This document shows, one piece after another, positions 26,322 to 35,679 of a DNA stretch of 64,000 nt. This stretch comes from an uncultured Planctomycetia bacterium (GTDB lineage: Bacteria > Omnitrophota > Gorgyraeia > 2-02-FULL-51-18), in assembly GCA_964431835.1 (NCBI GenBank), contig CAYSKO010000003.1:53132-117131 (forward strand). The letters are read 5' to 3'. The stretch's first letter is position 1. Each line of letters begins with the position of its first letter. The notes beneath the pieces are model-generated. The model worked only from the letters and a program-made list of their open reading frames with translations, ran no database searches and was not told the DNA's origin. Both the position numbers and the translations under genes were made by a program.

Positions 26322-27467
26322 TTAAGTGACCGAAGGCGACTGCGCGTGCACGAGCGGCGGTTCGCGCTTCACCGGCGGACGGTCGATTTCCTGCGAAAGG
26401 TTCGGACGCTTGGCCCGGCTGAATTCCTCGAGCCGGACCGTCCGGCCGGTTTCCGCCGAGCGGTAGATCGCGCGGATAATGCGAACGTCGGCGAGGCCTT
26501 CGGCGCCCGAGGGTTCCGGATATTCCCCTTTTCGGATGCAATTCGAAAAATAGAGAAGCTCCGAAGCGAACTGGTCGTGCCGCTTGAACGTTTTTTTCAC
26601 GGTTTTTCCGCCGACGGTGAGCACGTGTCCCAGCTCCAGATCGTAACTGTACGCAGGTTCGACGCGCAACTTGCCCTTCGTACCGCAGATATCGTACGTC
26701 GAGAAGCCGGCGGCGCTGAAGCTGCACGTGAACGTCGCGATGCGGTCGCCGGGAAAGCGCAGGACCACGCCCGCCATCTCGTCGACCTCCCGGAAACGGG
26801 GATCGCCGGACGATTCGGTGAGCGCGGTCACCTCTAAAGGCTCCGCGCGGAAGACGTAACGCGCCGCGTTGATGCAGTAGACGCCGATGTCGTAGACGGT
26901 TCCGCCGCCGAGCGCCGCCTGCAGGCGGATGTCGCCCGGCTTCACGTTCATGGAGAACGCCGAATGGAAGAACCGGACCTCGCCGAGCCGGCCCGACCGG
27001 GCGATCTCGACGGCCTTCAGGTTCGCCTCCTCGAAATGGAGCCGATAGGCAACCATGAGGAAGACGCCGCTTTCGTCCGCGGCCTCGATCATGCTCCTGC
27101 ATTCCTCCTCGGTAACCGCCATCGGCTTCTCGCAGAGGACGTGAACGCCGGCACGCGCGGCACGCACTGCGTAATCGCAGTGCAGATTGTTCGGGAGCGC
27201 GATGTAGACCGCGTCGATCTTTCCGCTCCGCATCGCCTCGTCATACTCGTCGTACGAGTACGTCCGCACGCCGTAGCGGCGGCCGACCTTCTGGTTTTTG
27301 ACCGGATCGTCGGAGATAAGCGCGACGAGCTCCGAATTCTTGGAAGCGTGCTCGAACGCCGGAAGGACCGCCGCTTGGGCAATGTGGCCGATCCCCACCA
27401 CGGCGTAGCGGACGCGCCCGCTTCCTGCCTTGGCGCGGACTTTCGATTTGCGGGCGACGTCGATCAT
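26322..27467 (-). CDS. Gfo/Idh/MocA-family NAD(P)-dependent sugar oxidoreductase
   Basis: Rossmann N-domain VRYAVVGIGHIAQAAVLPAF…, EKP motif, and the Gfo/Idh/MocA C-domain. Confidence 0.8.
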   Translation of the reverse strand: MIDVARKSKVRAKAGSGRVRYAVVGIGHIAQAAVLPAFEHASKNSELVALISDDPVKNQKVGRRYGVRTYSYDEYDEAMRSGKIDAVYIALPNNLHCDYAVRAARAGVHVLCEKPMAVTEEECRSMIEAADESGVFLMVAYRLHFEEANLKAVEIARSGRLGEVRFFHSAFSMNVKPGDIRLQAALGGGTVYDIGVYCINAARYVFRAEPLEVTALTESSGDPRFREVDEMAGVVLRFPGDRIATFTCSFSAAGFSTYDICGTKGKLRVEPAYSYDLELGHVLTVGGKTVKKTFKRHDQFASELLYFSNCIRKGEYPEPSGAEGLADVRIIRAIYRSAETGRTVRLEEFSRAKRPNLSQEIDRPPVKREPPLVHAQSPSVT

Positions 27468-27910
27468 AACGGCCTCCGGACGCCTTTGGGGCGCGCGGGA
27501 CGAGAAACGTCCTCAAGAGTGGCGCCGGCCATGTCCGTGTCGCCGGTGTCCACCGCGAGATCGCCAAGCGAGACGATTCCAACGAGCCGCTGCTCTTTAT
27601 TCAAAACCACGAGGCGTCGGATCTGCTTCTCGCCCATCAGTTTTGCGGCCTCTTGCACGTCCTGGTCCTCGAATCCGTAAACGACGTCCGGGGTCACGAT
27701 CTCCCGTACCTTGGCGACATTGGGGTCCAGGCCTTCGGCGACGGCACGGATCGCGATGTCACGGTCCGTGATCATCCCGATGAGGCGGTGCCCCTCCAGG
27801 ACGGGCAACGGCCCCACGTCGAGCCGCTTCATTTTCTCGGCCGCTTCCTTGATCGTGGCGTCGGATTCGATCACTTCGACCTGTTTGGTCATCACGTCTT
27901 TAAGCAACAT
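27464..27910 (-). CDS. CBS-domain pair protein
   Basis: ORF 27464..27970 trimmed to ATG 27910 (MLLKDVMTKQVEV). Two CBS motifs. Stop overlaps the Gfo start (ATGA). Confidence 0.7.
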   Translation of the reverse strand: MLLKDVMTKQVEVIESDATIKEAAEKMKRLDVGPLPVLEGHRLIGMITDRDIAIRAVAEGLDPNVAKVREIVTPDVVYGFEDQDVQEAAKLMGEKQIRRLVVLNKEQRLVGIVSLGDLAVDTGDTDMAGATLEDVSRPARPKGVRRPL

Positions 27911-27974
27911 GGTTACCGGCCTTTCGTGGGGAGCGGTGCTTTGAGAGGCGGACGGAGTCCGTCCCTTCACTTGG

Positions 27975-28030
27975 TTATAGACCCCAAGTGATTAAAGACC
28001 GATTAAATTCCGATTAAAAAATTTTAATCC
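27975..28030 (-). promoter_or_regulatory. copy D of the 55-bp AT-rich stress element (upstream of the CBS-Gfo-FAD/Rieske-GH-GT4 operon)
   Basis: TTATAGACCCCAAGTGATTAAAGACCGATTAAATTCCGATTAAAAAATTTTAATC, with three GATTAAA direct repeats at ~13-bp spacing. The rlmN stop (TAA 28024-26) is embedded in the TTTTAATC arm. TATAAC lies 63 nt before the CBS ATG. Confidence 0.5.
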
Positions 28031-29085
28031 TTGGCGGGCGAGGAGAGGCGGGCGGATCGCAGCTGGCCGCAAGCAGCTTGAATGTCGCGACCCTTCGAGA
28101 AACGGACGGTGGTGCGGACGCCGGCTTCCTGGAGAATCTGCTGGAAACGCACGACCTCCGCGTAATTCGGCGCGTCGTGCGGAAATTCCTCGATCGCGTT
28201 GTACGGGATGAGGTTGACCTTGCAAAGCATCCCGCGGAGCAGGTTCCCGAGTTCTCTCGCTTCTTTCTCCGACGCGTTGATTCCCTTGATCAGAATGTAC
28301 TCGAACGTGATCGCGCGTTTGGTGACCTTCGCATACTGCTTGCAGGCTTCGATCAAAGGCTTCACCGGATACGCGCGGTTCACGGGCATGATGGCGCCGC
28401 GCACCGCGTCGTTCGGGCCGTGAAGGGACACCGAAAGCTCCACCTGCAGACCCTCCTGCGTGAGCTGCTGAATCTTCGGCACGATGCCGCAGGTCGAGAT
28501 CGTGATCTTGCGCGCGCCCAAGCCCAGGCCCGCCGGCGAATTCAAGACGCGGATAGCCTTCATTAGCTCGTCGTAATTGTCGAACGGCTCGCCGATCCCC
28601 ATGAAGACGATGTTCGTGAGTTTCTTGTCCGGCGAAGTGTCGCGCGCGGCGAGCACCTGCAGGAGGATCTCCGACATCTTGAGGTTCCTGAAGAATCCCG
28701 CCTGCCCGCTCGCGCAGAACGCGCAGTGGAACTTACAGCCGACCTGCGACGAAACGCAGACCGTGCGGCGGTCGTCGAGCGGCATGTACACGGCCTCGAC
28801 GTAATCATTCTCGCCTATTTTAAGAAGAAGTTTCGTGCTGGCGTCGCCTTCGGAAAGCTGGCGCTCGACGACCGGCGGGATCGCCAGTTCGAACGTCTCG
28901 GAAAGGCGCTTGCGGAGATCGACCGAAAGATCGGTCATCTTGTCGAATTCGTACACGCCTTTCTCGAAGACCCATTTCAGAACCTGCTCGGCGCGGTACG
29001 GCTCGACGCTCATCTCCTCGAATTTCTTGCGGAGCGCTTCGGGGGTGTGGTCGAGGAGGTTGGGTTTCGGTCTAGCCACGGACAA
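28024..29085 (-). CDS. rlmN: 23S rRNA (adenine2503-C2)-methyltransferase, radical SAM
   Basis: CKFHCAFCASG radical-SAM cluster motif and an RlmN-specific N-terminus. TTG start at 29085. Confidence 0.85.
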   Translation of the reverse strand: MSVARPKPNLLDHTPEALRKKFEEMSVEPYRAEQVLKWVFEKGVYEFDKMTDLSVDLRKRLSETFELAIPPVVERQLSEGDASTKLLLKIGENDYVEAVYMPLDDRRTVCVSSQVGCKFHCAFCASGQAGFFRNLKMSEILLQVLAARDTSPDKKLTNIVFMGIGEPFDNYDELMKAIRVLNSPAGLGLGARKITISTCGIVPKIQQLTQEGLQVELSVSLHGPNDAVRGAIMPVNRAYPVKPLIEACKQYAKVTKRAITFEYILIKGINASEKEARELGNLLRGMLCKVNLIPYNAIEEFPHDAPNYAEVVRFQQILQEAGVRTTVRFSKGRDIQAACGQLRSARLSSPAKD

Positions 29086-29704
29086 GCCTCTTTCTTTCGT
29101 TGAGATGCGCGGTGTCGTTGATGGAAAGCAGTTTCACGCGCGCGTCGGTCTCGTTGGCGAGCGTGACGCTCGTGTTGTCGATTTGGACGTTGAAAAGGAC
29201 CGCGTCGAAATCGGCCTCGAGCCATTCGGCGATGAGCGCGGTGATCGCGCCACCGTGGGTGACGACGAGCACCGTTTCTCCGCGGTGCCGCCGCGCGATG
29301 CCTCTAACGCATTTCACGATGCGTTTCCGGAACGCCGAAACGCGCTCCGCGCGCGGGATCACACAGGCCGAGGGCTTCCGGAGCCAGCGCTGGTAGCCTT
29401 TCGCGTAGAGGAGGTCCACCTCCTCGGGTGTCATTCCTTCCCACGCACCCAAATTGATCTCGCGCAGGAGCGGCTCGCGTGCGATCCTGAGGTCGAGCCG
29501 GCGGGCCACCTCGAGCGAAGTCGAATACGCGCGGCCCAAATCGCTCGAATAAATCCTGTCGATCTTGATCTTTCCGAGTCGCTGCGCGAGCCGCTTAGCC
29601 TGACGCAGCCCCCGCGCGGTGAGGCGCGAGTCGTAATGGCCCTGGATCCGGTTTTGGAGATTGAACTCCGATTCCGCGTGGCGGACGATGACCAAGTGCG
29701 TCAT
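29072..29704 (-). CDS. histidine phosphatase family protein (phosphoglycerate mutase-like)
   Basis: RHAESEFN catalytic motif and VVTHGG. Overlaps the rlmN start by 14 nt. Confidence 0.8.
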   Translation of the reverse strand: MTHLVIVRHAESEFNLQNRIQGHYDSRLTARGLRQAKRLAQRLGKIKIDRIYSSDLGRAYSTSLEVARRLDLRIAREPLLREINLGAWEGMTPEEVDLLYAKGYQRWLRKPSACVIPRAERVSAFRKRIVKCVRGIARRHRGETVLVVTHGGAITALIAEWLEADFDAVLFNVQIDNTSVTLANETDARVKLLSINDTAHLNERKRLVRG

Positions 29705-29716
29705 GACGAGAGAGCT

Positions 29717-30229
29717 TTAACCGAGCGCTTTCTTGTACTGCGCCGCGTATTCCTTGTAACGCCGTGCCTGGTCTTTATGAAAGGAAGCTTCCTTTTTGGT
29801 GAGGGTCCGGACCACCTTCCCCGGCACACCCACGACGAGGGAGCGCTCCGGAATCCGCGCGTTCTCGCGCACGAGCGCTCCGGCCGCGATGAGACTGTAC
29901 GCGCCGACGCGGGCGCCCGTCAGCACGCGTGAGCCGATCCCGAGGAGTACGTAGTCTTCGACGTCGCACGCGTGCGCCACCGCCTGGTGCCCCATGATCA
30001 CGCCGCGTCCCAGGACCGCGCCTTTGCCGTGATCGCCGTGCAGGACGCAGCCGTCCTGGACGTTCGAATCCGGGCCGACGCGGATCGGGCCCATGTCGCC
30101 GCGAAGGACCGCGCCGAACCACGCGCTCGAGCCCGCTTCCAGGCGCACGTCGCCGATCACGTGCGCTCCCGGAGCGACGAACGCGGTCTTGTGGATCACG
30201 GGCTTTTTGTTCTTGAAAGGAAAGATCAT
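29717..30229 (-). CDS. gamma-class carbonic anhydrase family protein (left-handed beta-helix, YrdA/PaaY-like)
   Basis: Hexapeptide repeats and the His ligand pattern (…VLHGDHG…). Confidence 0.8.
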   Translation of the reverse strand: MIFPFKNKKPVIHKTAFVAPGAHVIGDVRLEAGSSAWFGAVLRGDMGPIRVGPDSNVQDGCVLHGDHGKGAVLGRGVIMGHQAVAHACDVEDYVLLGIGSRVLTGARVGAYSLIAAGALVRENARIPERSLVVGVPGKVVRTLTKKEASFHKDQARRYKEYAAQYKKALG

Positions 30230-30250
30230 GGACTCATTCTACCAGAAAGG

Positions 30251-31267
30251 TCAGTCGAGAAGCGTCGTGTCGATCTCCTCGATCTCGCCGACGATCTCCT
30301 CGAGAAGATCTTCGAGCGTGACGAGACCGACGGTCTTCTGCGTCTTCGGATCGCGGACGATCGCGATTTGGATCTTTCGCGTCTGGAACTCACGGAGGAG
30401 CTCGGCCACGCGCTTGGAAGGTGCGACGTAGAAGGGCGTCGAGAGAAGGTCCTCCGCGCGGATCAGCGAGCTGTTCTTAAAGAGATAAAGGAGATCGCGA
30501 ACGTAAAGGATCCCGATCACATTGTCGCGCGTGTCGCGGTAAACGGGGATGCGGTTGTGCCCTTCTTCGAGAAGCACCCGCTCGAGCTCTTCTTCGTCTA
30601 TCGTCACGGGAACGGAGATCATCTTCTCGAGCGCGGTCATGACGTCGCGGACTTCGATCTCGTCGAAACGGAAGATCCGCTCCAGCATCTTTCGCTCGTT
30701 CTCGCCGTAGAAACCCTCCTCCTTGCCGATCGTGATCATCATCTTCATTTCTTCCTCGGTGATGATCGGCGAACGGTGGTGCGGATTTCCGCCCAAGAGG
30801 CGGATCACGGCGTTCGAGATCACCGTCAGGATGCGCGTGAGGGGGCTGAAGAGCGCGATAAAGAATTCGATCACATAGCGGAAGAGAAACGCCGTGCCTT
30901 CCGGGTGGTTCGTGGCCATCACTTTCGGAGTAAGGTCGCAAAAAATGACGATCACGATGGTCGTCAGGACGGTGACGAAGAAAAGATCGATCCCCTCGCC
31001 GCCGAAATAGTGCGTGAAGATGACGGTCGAGATCGCGGCGATGGCCGTGTTGACGAGATTGTTGCCTACGAGGATCGTCGCGATGACCTTGTCGAGCCGC
31101 GAGACCATGCGGTAAATGCGGGTGGCGCCTTTACGGCGCCCTTCCATCATGTGGCGCAGGCGCACCTTGTTGATAGAAATGAGCGCCGATTCCGAGGCCG
31201 AAAAGAACGCCGAAAAAAAGAACAGCACACCCAGCGTGATGGCGAGAGCGGAAATGGATGGAGTCAT
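30251..31267 (-). CDS. CNNM/CorC-family membrane protein (DUF21 + CBS pair); putative Mg2+/Co2+ efflux or hemolysin-like protein
   Basis: DUF21 TM domain followed by two CBS domains. No CorC_HlyC C-domain seen. Confidence 0.75.
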   Translation of the reverse strand: MTPSISALAITLGVLFFFSAFFSASESALISINKVRLRHMMEGRRKGATRIYRMVSRLDKVIATILVGNNLVNTAIAAISTVIFTHYFGGEGIDLFFVTVLTTIVIVIFCDLTPKVMATNHPEGTAFLFRYVIEFFIALFSPLTRILTVISNAVIRLLGGNPHHRSPIITEEEMKMMITIGKEEGFYGENERKMLERIFRFDEIEVRDVMTALEKMISVPVTIDEEELERVLLEEGHNRIPVYRDTRDNVIGILYVRDLLYLFKNSSLIRAEDLLSTPFYVAPSKRVAELLREFQTRKIQIAIVRDPKTQKTVGLVTLEDLLEEIVGEIEEIDTTLLD

Positions 31268-31295
31268 GAGTCTTTATTCGCGTTGTCCATGAGCG

Positions 31296-31330
31296 CGAAA
31301 TTATAGCACGGAGGTCGGGATTAATCGAGT
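31296..31330 (-). promoter_or_regulatory. corC operon promoter: extended -10 TGCTATAAT with a partial copy of the stress-element left half (TTATAGC…GGGATTAATCG)
   Basis: Minus-strand reading CTCGATTAATCCCGACCTCCGTGCTATAATTTCGCG… with TATAAT 32 nt before the ATG at 31267. This is the same -10-to-start geometry as element copies A, B and E. Confidence 0.45.
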
Positions 31331-31378
31331 CTCGCGGGGATTCGTACTCGGAGTGACTTCGAACGGCGTTTCCTTTTA

Positions 31379-31408
31379 TTGACAAGGCCGTAAGCCCGCC
31401 TCTACAAT
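31379..31408 (+). promoter_or_regulatory. sigma70-type promoter of nuoJKLMN: TTGACA-N18-TACAAT
   Basis: Perfect -35 TTGACA at 31379-84 and TACAAT at 31403-08. Only 12 nt separate it from the nuoJ ATG, with no SD, so the message is near-leaderless. Confidence 0.55.
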
Positions 31409-31420
31409 AGTCCCTTCTCT

Positions 31421-31912
31421 ATGCTTGAGACGGGACTCTTTTACCTCATTTCATTCGGAATTCTGTTATCCGCGATCGGCGTCATCACGTCTCGCTCGGC
31501 CGTTCACAGCGTTCTGTGCCTGGTCGCGGCGATGGGGCTGATGGCCGGCCTGTTCGTGCTCCTGAAGGCCTTCCTCTTGGCGACGGTGCTCATCCTCGTT
31601 TACGCGGGCGCCATCCTCGTCCTTTTCCTCTTCGTGGTCATGCTGATCGACTTCCGCACCGTTTCGATGGACTGGAAGGGCTTCGGGGCCGCCCCCGCCT
31701 TCGCGATCGCCGGTGCGGCGCTTCTTTTCTTCCAGACGTTCCGCGTCATCCGCACGATCCGCCTGGAACCCGCCCCGTCCGTGCACGGCACGACGGCCGC
31801 GATTGGCGAGACCCTCTTCCGCCAGTACGTACTCCCCTTCGAATTGACGGCTTTCCTGCTCCTGGCGGCGGTCGTGAGCGTCGTGGTCCTGGCTAAAAAG
31901 GGCCTCAAATGA
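31421..31912 (+). CDS. nuoJ: NADH-quinone oxidoreductase subunit J
   Basis: 163 aa with five TM helices and the NuoJ pattern. Confidence 0.8.
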   Translation: MLETGLFYLISFGILLSAIGVITSRSAVHSVLCLVAAMGLMAGLFVLLKAFLLATVLILVYAGAILVLFLFVVMLIDFRTVSMDWKGFGAAPAFAIAGAALLFFQTFRVIRTIRLEPAPSVHGTTAAIGETLFRQYVLPFELTAFLLLAAVVSVVVLAKKGLK

Positions 31913-32211
31913 TCGGTCTTCACCATTATCTCGCGGTTTCGGCGCTCGTGTTCGCGATCGGCCTCGTCGGCCTTCTGACGCGCCGGAACATCCTCATGAT
32001 TCTCCTTTCGATCGAGCTGATCCTCAACTCCGCCAATCTTTCGTTCGTCGCTTTCTCCTCATACCGGGGCGATCTCTCCGGCCAAGTCGTCGTTTTTTTC
32101 GCGATGATCGTGGCGGCCGCCGAAGTGACCGTCGGCCTCGCGGTGGTGGTGCTCCTATATAGGAAGAAGGGCTCGATCAACGCCGACGACGCCGCGGAGT
32201 TGAAATGGTAG
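31909..32211 (+). CDS. nuoK: NADH-quinone oxidoreductase subunit K
   Basis: 100 aa, three TM helices, conserved Glu residues (…ELILNSANL…AAAEVTVGLA…). Start overlaps the nuoJ stop. Confidence 0.85.
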   Translation: MIGLHHYLAVSALVFAIGLVGLLTRRNILMILLSIELILNSANLSFVAFSSYRGDLSGQVVVFFAMIVAAAEVTVGLAVVVLLYRKKGSINADDAAELKW

Positions 32212-34157
32212 AAAACCTGCCCCCGCTGCCCTGGGTGATCCTCTTCGCGCCGCTTGTGGCGTGTGTCCTGATCGTTCTTTTCGCGCTGAAGCGTCCCGGG
32301 GCGGCCGCGGGAATCGCGCTGGCGGGCATCGTGATTCCCTTCATCGCGAGCGCCGCGCTCTGCTGGTTCAACACGGTCGAGATGCACTCGGCGGTGGCCA
32401 CGATCTCGTACGACTGGGTCAAGATTCCCGGTTTCAAGATCGGTTTCGGCTACCTGATCGATCAAATGACTCTCGTCATGCTCCTCGTCGTGACCGGGGT
32501 GGGAAGTTGCGTCTTCCTCTATTCGTCCTCCTACATGAAGGGCGACACGAGCTATCCCCGCTTTTTTGCCTCTCTTTCCCTCTTCGCTTTTTCCATGCTC
32601 GGGATCGTGCTCGCGGACAACTTCCTCATGCTCTTCATCTTCTGGGAGCTCGTGGCCGTCAGCTCGTATCTTCTCATCGGCTTCTGGTTCGAGAAGCCCT
32701 CGGCGGCCGACGCGGGCAACAAGGCGTTCATCGTCAATCGCGTCGCCGACTTCGGGATGGTTCTGGGTATCTTCATGGTTTGGATGCTCTCGGGGATGGG
32801 CGGCGCCGAGCGCACGTTCCAGTTCCAGGAGCTCGCGCACCGCATCCCCGCACTTCTCCACGCGGGCACGATCCCGCAGAGTCTCTTCGTGATCGCGGGG
32901 CTCCTCGTTTTCTGCGGTGTGGTCGGTAAGTCCGCGCAGTTCCCGCTCTACATCTGGCTTCCGGACGCGATGGAAGGCCCGACGCCGGTCTCCGCGCTCA
33001 TCCACGCGGCCACGATGGTCGCGGCGGGCGTTTACATGCTGGCGCGCGTTTTCTTCCTCGTCTCCGGCGTCGAAGCCGCGATGACGGCGATCGCGGTGAT
33101 CGGCGCGATCACCCTCGTCCTCGCCGCCGGCCTCGCACTCGTCCAGAACGACATCAAAAAGATCCTCGCCTACTCGACCGTGAGCCAGCTCGGCTACATG
33201 GTGCTCGCGCTCGGCCTGGGCGGTCGCACGGAAGCGATGTTCCACTTAACGACCCACGCCTTCTTCAAGGCGCTTCTCTTCCTCGGCGCGGGCTCGATGA
33301 TCCACGCGCTTCACACGCAGGATATCTGGGAGATGGGCGGGCTTCGGAAAGAGATGCCTATCACCTCCTGGACGTTCATCATTGGCACGCTCGCACTCTG
33401 CGGCATCGCGCCTCTTTCGGGCTTCTGGTCGAAGGACGAAATCCTTGTCCTGGCCAAGCGCGAAAATTGGGTCCTTTTCACGGTCGCCACCCTCGGCGCC
33501 GGGCTCACCGCCTTCTACATGACCCGCGCGGTCTGGGTCGCGGTGCTCGGCGAGCGAAAGAAGAAGGCGAAATCCCACGGCAAGAAAGCGCATGCCCACG
33601 ACGCGCACGACGCCGGGCACGACGGCCACGCGCACGAGTCGCCGCTTCCAATGACGCTTCCGCTCATTTTCCTCGCGGTCCTTTCCGTCACGGCCGGCTT
33701 TTTTGGCCTGCCGGCTTTCCTGAATTCCGCCGCGGAGCACGGCGCCCCCCACGGCGAAGCCGTGCATCACGGCATCGACTGGTTCGTCGCGGGTCTCTCG
33801 ACCGCGGTGGCCCTGGGCGGCATCGCACTCGGCACTTTGCTCTACAAAAACGCCAAACCCGGCCATGACCCGGTCGTGAAGGGTCTCGGCGGTCTCTATC
33901 ACCTCATCGTGAAAAAGTATTATTTGGACGACTTCTTTTCCGCGCTGGCCGGATTCGTCCAGAACGCGGTCGCGGGCGTTCTTTACCGCTTCGACGTGAA
34001 GGTCGTCATCGAACGCGGGGTAAACGGCACGGCCGCGCTCACCCGCTCGGCCGCCGACCGCGTGCGCCGTGCGCAAACCGGACGCGTCCGCACGTACGCC
34101 ACGGCGTTCGCGTTCGGGATCGTCGCGGCTGTCTATTTCATCCTGCTGAAAGGCTAG
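32205..34157 (+). CDS. nuoL: NADH-quinone oxidoreductase subunit L
   Basis: 650 aa antiporter-like subunit with a long C-terminal extension (horizontal helix region). Confidence 0.85.
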   Translation: MVENLPPLPWVILFAPLVACVLIVLFALKRPGAAAGIALAGIVIPFIASAALCWFNTVEMHSAVATISYDWVKIPGFKIGFGYLIDQMTLVMLLVVTGVGSCVFLYSSSYMKGDTSYPRFFASLSLFAFSMLGIVLADNFLMLFIFWELVAVSSYLLIGFWFEKPSAADAGNKAFIVNRVADFGMVLGIFMVWMLSGMGGAERTFQFQELAHRIPALLHAGTIPQSLFVIAGLLVFCGVVGKSAQFPLYIWLPDAMEGPTPVSALIHAATMVAAGVYMLARVFFLVSGVEAAMTAIAVIGAITLVLAAGLALVQNDIKKILAYSTVSQLGYMVLALGLGGRTEAMFHLTTHAFFKALLFLGAGSMIHALHTQDIWEMGGLRKEMPITSWTFIIGTLALCGIAPLSGFWSKDEILVLAKRENWVLFTVATLGAGLTAFYMTRAVWVAVLGERKKKAKSHGKKAHAHDAHDAGHDGHAHESPLPMTLPLIFLAVLSVTAGFFGLPAFLNSAAEHGAPHGEAVHHGIDWFVAGLSTAVALGGIALGTLLYKNAKPGHDPVVKGLGGLYHLIVKKYYLDDFFSALAGFVQNAVAGVLYRFDVKVVIERGVNGTAALTRSAADRVRRAQTGRVRTYATAFAFGIVAAVYFILLKG

Positions 34158-34161
34158 CCGA

Positions 34162-35679
34162 ATGCTCTCCCTCGGACCGATTTCCTGGATTCTCCTGTCG
34201 CCGGCCCTCGGCGGTCTGCTCGTTCTTTTGGTTCCTCAGAACCGCCCCGAGTGGATCAAACGGATTGGCGTGGCGGCGGTGTCCGTGTCACTCGCGGTGG
34301 CGCTTGCGACGTTCCTGCGCTACGACATCACGGCGGGCGGCTACCAGTTCGTCGACAAATTCGAATGGATCCCGAAACTCGGCATCTCCTACCACGTGGG
34401 CGCCGACGGCATCAACCTCACGCTACTTCTCATGACCGCCATCGTCTCGTTCGCCGGCATGCTCGTTACCTGCTCGGTCACCGAGCGCGTGAAGGAATAC
34501 GTGACGTTCTACCTCTTCCTCATCGCAGGCTGCTTCGGCGTGCTTTCCGCGCTCGACGTCTTCTTCATGTATTTCTTCTACGAGTGCGCGGTCGTTCCGG
34601 TGTTCCCGCTGATCGGCGTGTGGGGCTCAGGCAACAAGGAATACGCGACGATGAAGCTCACGCTCTACCTCACGCTCGGAGCGGTGCTCGCGCTTCTGGC
34701 CATCCTCGCGCTCTATTTTGCGACAGGGCTCAACACGTTCGACTTCCCCGCGATCGAGAGCGCGCTTCGGGCGAACCCGCTTCCGCTGGCGTTCCAGCGC
34801 TGGGCGTTCCCCTGTATCATGGTCGGCTTCGGCGTGATCCTCACGCTCTGGCCCTTCCACACGTGGTCTCCGATGGGTTACGCGGCGGCTCCCACGTCGG
34901 TCTCGATGCTGCACGCGGGCGTCTTGAAGAAACTCGGTGCGTATCTCATCATCCGCCTCGGAATCTCGCTCATGCCCGACGGCGCCGCACAGTGGATGCC
35001 CTACGTCGCGTGGCTCGCCGTCATGAACATCGTCTACTGCGGCCTCGTCGCCTTCACCCAGCGCGATCTGAAATACATCCTGGGCTATTCCAGCTGCAGT
35101 CACATGGGCTATATCCTTCTCGGCCTCGCGTGCCTCACGCCGGTTGCGCTGAACGGCACGGTCTTCTTCATGTTCGCGCACGGCATCATGGCCTCCCTTT
35201 CGTTCGCGCTCGTGGGCTGGATCTACGCACAGACGCACACGCGCATGCTCGACGAATGGGGCGGCCTCGGCAAGAAAATGCCGTTCATCTCCGTTCTCTT
35301 CGCGATGGCAGCGATGGCGTCGGCCGGTCTTCCCGGCTTCGCGAATTTCGTCGGTGAAATGACGATCCTGGCCGGCGCGTGGGACAAATACCGCTGGCCT
35401 GCGGTCTTCGCGGTGGCGGGCCTCGTGATCACGGCCGGCTACATGCTGCGGACGGTCCGCGGGGCGATCCAGGGGCCCCTTCCGGCCCGCTGGAACGCGC
35501 TCGAAGACGCGCGCACCCTGCGCGAGCGGGCTCCCTATCTTCTTCTGGCCGGCGTTCTTTTGGCCGTCGGCATGTTCCCGGCGCTCATCATGCCGGTCGT
35601 CGAGTCGGGCACGCGCCCGGTGCTCGACCGCACGATCCAAAGCGTGGAAGTCGTGGAAGGAAACGTGGCCCATGTTTAA
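34162..35679 (+). CDS. nuoM: NADH-quinone oxidoreductase subunit M
   Basis: 505 aa Mrp-antiporter-like subunit. Confidence 0.85.
   Translation: MLSLGPISWILLSPALGGLLVLLVPQNRPEWIKRIGVAAVSVSLAVALATFLRYDITAGGYQFVDKFEWIPKLGISYHVGADGINLTLLLMTAIVSFAGMLVTCSVTERVKEYVTFYLFLIAGCFGVLSALDVFFMYFFYECAVVPVFPLIGVWGSGNKEYATMKLTLYLTLGAVLALLAILALYFATGLNTFDFPAIESALRANPLPLAFQRWAFPCIMVGFGVILTLWPFHTWSPMGYAAAPTSVSMLHAGVLKKLGAYLIIRLGISLMPDGAAQWMPYVAWLAVMNIVYCGLVAFTQRDLKYILGYSSCSHMGYILLGLACLTPVALNGTVFFMFAHGIMASLSFALVGWIYAQTHTRMLDEWGGLGKKMPFISVLFAMAAMASAGLPGFANFVGEMTILAGAWDKYRWPAVFAVAGLVITAGYMLRTVRGAIQGPLPARWNALEDARTLRERAPYLLLAGVLLAVGMFPALIMPVVESGTRPVLDRTIQSVEVVEGNVAHV

Noticed and set aside
24758-27102. ORF 24758..26269 and the 5' extension (26311..27102) of ORF 24781..27102
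   Set aside because: Arg-rich, with no start context. The extension is in a different frame over the well-supported Gfo/Idh/MocA gene. The FAD-Rieske protein starts at the internal ATG 26310.
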